Shown here: positions 58,274-64,000 of the stretch, piece by piece
How the letters are laid out: each line of letters opens with the position of its first letter
Position numbering within the stretch: the stretch's first letter is position 1
DNA from: an uncultured Chloroflexia bacterium
Lineage (GTDB): Bacteria > Chloroflexota > Limnocylindria > Limnocylindrales > CSP1-4
DNA: 64,000 bases
Direction: 5' to 3'
Assembly: GCA_963763775.1 (NCBI GenBank)
Contig: CAVXPZ010000003.1
Coordinates: forward strand, 512,001 to 576,000
Position numbers and translations under genes: made by a program
Notes under the pieces: generated by a model
What the model was told of the DNA's origin: nothing
The model's database searches: none
What the model saw: only the letters and a program-made list of their open reading frames with translations

Positions 58274-61200
58274 CCCGCGCGCCGGCCGCGACCGCGGCCG
58301 GCTTCGCCGTCCGGGCGGCCCCGGCGACGCGGACGCGGCGCGGCGCGGGCGCAGGAGCCGCCCCGCGTCGGCCGCCGGCACCGGCGGCGAGAACAGGTAG
58401 CCCTGTCCGAGCACGCAGCCGAGCTCCACGAGCCGGTCGCGCTGGGCCTCGGTCTCGATGCCTTCGGCGACCACGCCGATCCGCAGCCCGTTCGCCAGCG
58501 CGAGGACGGCCTCCACGATCGAGCGATCCGCGGCCTGTCCGAGTCCCGCCACGAACGAGCGGTCGATCTTGATCGTGTCGAGCGGCAGGTGCTTCAGGTA
58601 GGACAGCGATGAGTACCCGGTGCCGAAGTCGTCCAGGACGAGTCGCACGCCCAGGTCGCGGAGCCGCCCGAGCGTCCGGACGCCCACCTCGGACTGGTCC
58701 ATCACGACCGATTCGGTGATCTCCAGCTCGAGGGCGCCAGGTTCGAGGCCGCTCTCCGCGAGCACGCCCGCGATCTCCTCGACGAGGTCCGGTTGCACGA
58801 ACTGCCGGCCGGACAGGTTCACCGACATGAACGGCGCGTCGGCGCCGGAGCGACCGTCCCGCCACAGCGCCGCCTGGCGGCAGGCCGTCTCGAGGACCCA
58901 CCGGCCGACGGGGCCGATGAGCCCGGTCTCCTCCGCGAGGGGGATGAACGACAGCGGCGGGACGAGACCGCGGGTGGGGTGCTGCCAGCGCACGAGCGCT
59001 TCGAAGCCCACGACCCGCGCGGTCGCGAGGTCGACGATCGGCTGGTAGTGGGCCCGGAGCTCGTGGCGCTGGAGCGCGCGGCGCAGGTCGTTCTCGAGGT
59101 CGATCCGCTCGATGGTCTGGGCGCTCATCGACGGCTCGAACAGCGCGTGCCGGATGGTCGGGTCGCCCTTCGCGCGGACCATCGCGATCTCGGCCTCGCG
59201 CAGCAGCTCGTCGGGCGAGAGGCGGTCGCCGTCGTCGAGGGCGATGCCCATCGAGGCGCTGACGAACCACTCCCGGCCGCCGAGCGAGAACGGGACGCGC
59301 AGCTCGGTCGCGAGATGCTCGGCGACGCCGCGGGCCTCGTCCTCGTCCGCCACCGAGTCGAGGATGATCCCGAACTCGTCGCCGCCGAACCGGCCGACCG
59401 TGTCGCCCGGTCGGAGCGACGCGGCGAGCCGCTGGCCGACGGCGGCGAGCAGCCGGTCGCCGACGGAGTGGCCGACGCTCTCGTTGATGACCTTGAACCG
59501 GTCGAGGTCGAGGAGGATGACCGCGATCCGCTCCGAGTCGTCCGGCCGGACGCGGGCCAGGGAGTGGGCGATCCGGTCGGTCAGCAACTCGCGGTTCGGC
59601 AATCCCGTCGTCGGGTCGTAGAGGGCGCCGCGCTGCGCGACGTCGACGAGGCGGGCGTTGTCGAGCGCGATCGACGCGAGCTGCGCGAACCGCGTGAGGG
59701 CGTCGATCTCGCGATCGCGGAAGACCCGTTCGACCGAGCCTGCGGCCAGCCCGATGACGCCGACCACCTGGTCGCCCGAGCTCAACGGCACGCCGACGAC
59801 GGCGCCGAGCAACCGGGCCGGGACGATCCCGGCGCGACCGACATAGGCGTCGTAGTCCTCGATCGCGACGGCCTTGCCGGTCCGGTAGACCTCGCCGCCG
59901 AGCCCTTCGCCGACCGGCTGGCGATGGCCGAGACCCTGGCTGAACACGCCCGTGCCATGGCGGAGCACCAGCTCGGTCCCGTCCGCGTCGACGATGTAGA
60001 TGTACCCGTGGGGCGTGCCAAGGAGGGCGCAGGCGCGCGTCAGGATGGTCTCGAGGAGGGTCGTCGAGTCGCGCCGGTCGAGGAGCGCGAGGGCCGTCTC
60101 GTCGAGGGCTCGCAGGTATGGGTCGTCCGGCGCGACGCCGGCGTCGTTGCCCCGCGCGGCCGGCTTGGCCAGGTACATGGCCCGGTCGGCGACCGCGACC
60201 AGCTCGTCCTTGGCCCGTCCGTCGTCCGGGAAGCACGCCACCCCGATGCTGATCGTCACCCGGGCGTCCCCGTCATCGGCGGCCGCCGCCAGGACCGTCC
60301 GGCGCAGCCGGTCGGCCACGTCGTGGGCGGCGACCCGGTCGGTGTCCGGGAGGATCGCGGCGAACTCGTCGCCGCCGTAGCGGTACAGGCGGTCCGCGTC
60401 GCGGACCGCGAGGCCCATCTCCGAGGCGATCCTCGCGAGGAGGGCGTCGCCGGCCGGGTGGCCGCGGGAATCGTTGAAGGCCTTGAACGCGTCGAGGTCC
60501 ATCATCAGGACGGCGAACGGCTTGCCGCCGCCCCCGGTCCCGACCGCCTCGCCCAGTTCCCGCTGGAACGCGCCGTGGTTGCGCAGCCCGGTGAGCGCGT
60601 CCTGCTCCGCCCGGATCCGCACCTCGCCGTGGGTCTCGGCGTTCTGGAGCGCGATCGACGCCTGCCCGGCGAACAACTTGGTCAGTTCGAACTCGTTCGT
60701 GCTGAAGTGCGATTCCGCCTCGCCCATCCGTCCGATGTTCAGCGTGCCGACCGCCTCGCCCGCGACGAGGAGCGGGACGACGATCATCGATTCGGGCTCC
60801 TCGGGCGTGCCCGGGACCTGGACCGAGCGCGGATCGAGGTGGGCGTCGTTGGCCAGGACCGCCTCGCGGTGGTCGACCACCCAGCCGGTGATCCCGACGC
60901 CGAGCTGGCTCTCGTGGGCGAGGATCAGGTCGGCGAACCGGTCGCGCGCGATGACCGCGCGCCGGACCCCGGCCTCGAGGTCCACGCGGTACACCGTGAG
61001 CGAGTCGTAGGGGACGATCACCTTGAGCGAGTCGGCGATCAGGTCGAGGATGCTGGCCGGCTCGAGGTTCGAGAGCAGGCGCTCATTGACCTCGAGGAGG
61101 CGACGCTGGCTCGAGAGCTGATGCTGGAGCTCGCCCTGCTGCCGGCGGACACGCTCGAGGTTGGCCGCGTTGACCAGGGCCTGGGCGGCGCACGACGCGA

Positions 61201-62305
61201 AGATCGAGAACGTCGTCTCGTCGTCGACGTCGAAGCGGTCCCGGCCGAGCTTGGAGACGACGATGACCCCGTGGACCGTCGACTCGTGCGACATCGGCAC
61301 GAGGAGCATCGACTCCGGCTCGTCGGTCGGCCGCATGATGACGCTCCGGCCGTCCGCGGCGGCGTCGCCGATCCGGACCGGCCGGTCGTTGGCTGCCACC
61401 CAGCCGGTCAGGCCCTCTCCGATCGCCACGCGCAGGCTTGCGGCGTCGGGTTCGTTCGTGCCCATGAACGTGCCCTGGAACGCGATCGGCTCGCAGGTGC
61501 CGGTCTCATGGTCGACGCGGTACACGCGGATGGTGTCGTGGTCGATGAGCTTGCCGGCCTCGCTGACGATGGCCTCTCCGATGCTCTCGATGTCCTGGAT
61601 CCGGTTCAGCCGGATGGCCAGCTCGGAGATGGCGCGCAGCCGGTCGGTCAGGGCGTGAGTGGCCTCGGCGAGGCGGACGTTCTGCATGGCGACCGCGATG
61701 TGGTCGCCGAACGCCCGGGCGAGGTCCGTCTCGTCGTCGGACCAGGCGTACGCGGTCCGGTGGTAGAGGACGAGGAGTCCGAGGACCTCGTCGCGAAAGA
61801 CGATCGGGACGTAGCACATCGTCCGCATGCCGTCGGCGCGGTACATGCGCCGCAACTCCGGGACGGTGCCGCGGAGGTCGCCCGCCAGGACGTGGACGCG
61901 CCGCTCGCGGAGGGCGATCATGCCGACCGTGTTGGCATCGCTCGGCAGCCGGCCGACCACCTCGAGCATCTCGGGCGACAGGCCGCGCTGCGCCGCGAGC
62001 CGCAGCGGCGTCGGGCTCTCCTCGTAGGTCCAGAGACCGGCGCGATCGGCACCGAACAGGTCGAAGGCCGCGTCGATCACTTCCTCGAACAGGCGGCCGA
62101 GGTCTTGGCGGCTGCTGACCTCGGCGACGATCCGTCGCAGGGCGTCCGCGCGAGAGGCGGGATCCGCCTGCGCGGGTGCCGGGGCGCCGGCGACCGTCGC
62201 GTCGATGCCCGCTGCCGCATCGGACGCCCGGTCGGTCTCGGCTGCGCGACGGCGCGTCCGGGGGCGAGTCTGGGGCGGCTTGGGCGACTCCTGGGCGAGG
62301 ACCAT
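58242..62305 (-). CDS. GAF x3 - GGDEF - GAF - GGDEF - EAL c-di-GMP enzyme (3' end probably frameshifted near 58350)
   Basis: DALTGLRN...RDADRLYRYGGDEF; DPTTGLPN...RPGDTVGRFGGDEF; EALVRW, DDFGTGYSS, KIDRSF, EGIET, QGYLF. Confidence 0.9.
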
Positions 62306-62577
62306 GCTGGGCCCGCATCCTCCGACTATCGATAACGTGAACGTGGCGCCCGGAGGACATGGGCCGGACGCCGACGTCACCGTACGGGGCGACCCGGGGA
62401 GCGGCGATAGCCCATCCGTACCAGCCATGTCGGTCCGGTGCGGTCTGGTGATGTCGAGCGGAACCGTTGCCCGACGGCACCGACGGAGACGCCGGCGCCA
62501 CGGCCGCGTGTCACGATGACGGGAGCGCGTCCGAGCCCACCGAGTCGCGCCCCGGAGCCACGATGGAGGTCCGCCCC

Positions 62578-63318
62578 ATGGCCGCCGATCCCAACGAGCA
62601 CCGCTCCCGACGAGCGCTCCTCGCCGCCGCTGCGGGCGGAGCCGCCGCCCTCGCCGCCTCCGCCGCCATGCCCCTGACCACGATGGCCCACGACGCCGAC
62701 GACCTCCAGAAGGGCGTCGACAACCAGACGACGTCGACGACGTCCGTCTCCAACACCCAGGGTGACTCCACCTTCGGGTTCCAGGGCACGAGCACCGGGG
62801 GCGCCGGCATCGTGGCGTGGAGCGTGACGGGGCCCGACTCGACGGAGTTCGACCCGGCCGACGGCAAGTTCACCGGGGTGTTCGGCTACTCCCCGTCCGG
62901 CCTGGCGGACGGTGGCGTCGGCGCCGGCGTCTGGGGCGAGAGCCCGGACATCGGCGTCTTCGGCAACGGGACCGTTGGCGTCAACGGCTTCGGGGCGTTC
63001 GGCGTCCTCGGCAGCAGTGACGACCCGACGGGCGCCGGCGTGCAGGCCTTCGGGGCGACCGACAGCGATACCGCGCTGGACGTCCACGGCAAGGTCAAGT
63101 TCAACCGCTCGGGCCGAGCGACCGTCGCGAAGAACAAGTCCTCCGTGAAGGTGTCGCTCCCCGGCGTCACGACCGGCAGCCGCGTGTTCGCGGTGTGCTT
63201 CACGAACCGCTCGGGCCGATGGGTCCGCGCGGCGACGCCGACCACCGGGTCCTTCACGATCTATCTGAACGCCACCGTCTCCGCCACGACCTACGTGTCG
63301 TGGTGGGTCCTCAACTAG
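62578..63318 (+). CDS. Tat-exported glycine-rich repeat protein
   Basis: SRRALL twin-arginine signal; GV(F/W/L)GxS repeats; small beta C-terminal domain. Confidence 0.7.
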   Translation: MAADPNEHRSRRALLAAAAGGAAALAASAAMPLTTMAHDADDLQKGVDNQTTSTTSVSNTQGDSTFGFQGTSTGGAGIVAWSVTGPDSTEFDPADGKFTGVFGYSPSGLADGGVGAGVWGESPDIGVFGNGTVGVNGFGAFGVLGSSDDPTGAGVQAFGATDSDTALDVHGKVKFNRSGRATVAKNKSSVKVSLPGVTTGSRVFAVCFTNRSGRWVRAATPTTGSFTIYLNATVSATTYVSWWVLN

Positions 63319-63537
63319 CCGTGGACGACCGCCTTCGGATCCCGCGCCGGGTCACCGCGCACGGGACCGGCACCGACGTCACCCGGCTGCGGAGCGCGCT
63401 CGCGCAGCGTGCCGCCCGCGGTCACGCGCGGCCGGGACCGGCGATCCAGGCGTACCTGGACCGGGCCGGATCGACCGGGGACGCGCAGGGTCTCCGCCCG
63501 CCGGTCGTCAAGGGCAAGACCAGGGGCTGAGCACCGG

Positions 63538-64000
63538 TCAGTCGCCGACCAGCGCTGCCACCGACTCGAGGACCTCGTCCGCGAGCGGTGCCAAGTCGTC
63601 TCGCGTGCCGACGCCGGTCAGCACGCCGTAGCATCGGGCGACCCCGGCCGCCCGGCCCATCGCGAGGTCGGGCACCGAGTCGCCGACGACGGCGGTTCGC
63701 GCCGGCTCGACCGCGAGTTCGGTGCAGAGGCGACGGACCATGTCCGGTGCCGGTTTCGGCGCGACCCCGTCGTCCGCGCAGATCATGGCGTCGACCAGGC
63801 CCTCGATGCCGAGCGCCTCGAGCGTGCGACGTGTCGGCGCTCCGTCGTCCGTCGTGGCCACCGCGACCCGACGACCGCCCAGCCGGATGCTGGCAAGCAG
63901 CACGGCAAGGTCCGTGACCGGCCGCGCGAGGGCGACCGGGTCCGGGGCATGCCACGCCCGGTCCACGGCCGCCGCCGCCGTCTCGACGGTGAGGCCGCGC
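63538..64000 (-). CDS. HAD-family hydrolase (5' partial)
   Basis: VATTD, PKPAPD, VVGDSVPDL.MGRAAG, GVLTG. Confidence 0.85.
   Translation of the reverse strand, partial: RGLTVETAAAAVDRAWHAPDPVALARPVTDLAVLLASIRLGGRRVAVATTDDGAPTRRTLEALGIEGLVDAMICADDGVAPKPAPDMVRRLCTELAVEPARTAVVGDSVPDLAMGRAAGVARCYGVLTGVGTRDDLAPLADEVLESVAALVGD

Noticed and set aside
58793-62335. 1180-aa plus-strand ORF
   Set aside because: Antisense shadow of the GGDEF/EAL gene, typical of high-GC codon bias; no recognisable motifs.
63321-63530. Short plus-strand ORF after the Tat protein
   Set aside because: No motif or RBS support; cannot be told apart from a chance ORF.

Overview
High-GC bacterial chromosome segment. The gene content and style suggest Chloroflexota, possibly Limnocylindria; this is inference only. 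It holds about 60 CDS, tRNA-Arg(CCG) at 16118-16193 (-), tRNA-Asp(GTC) at 21504-21580 (+) and a promoter- and terminator-bounded 6S-like ncRNA at about 16247-16427 (-). The main discovery candidate is a roughly 10.3-kb tandem island at the 3' end of tRNA-Arg (5863-16133). The 16-bp tRNA 3' end recurs at 5863 and 11151. Each copy starts the same 32-codon frame, (M/V)ARPTGVG..TYTIPIEG.DEWLAAARRLA*, whose stop overlaps the start of a small LuxR-like HTH gene; a third, decayed tail+HTH module lies at about 8110-8325. Next to the tRNA, a recombinase-like remnant reads in frame through the att core. Excision would therefore rejoin this ORF to its C-terminal tail and to the HTH gene, which suggests an att-inside-integrase switch that captures cargo cassettes. 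Other notable loci: an ApbE/ferric-reductase flavinylation cluster whose likely substrate ends in TTGASG, next to ZIP-Fur, a cupredoxin-fused NirK and Rrf2; a SipW operon with two substrates sharing FA^WTGTA; a divergent HisA paralogue; a globin/phycobiliprotein-like protein; and a 4xGAF-2xGGDEF-EAL protein. About 16 apparent single-base frameshifts in otherwise intact genes probably reflect sequencing or assembly error.
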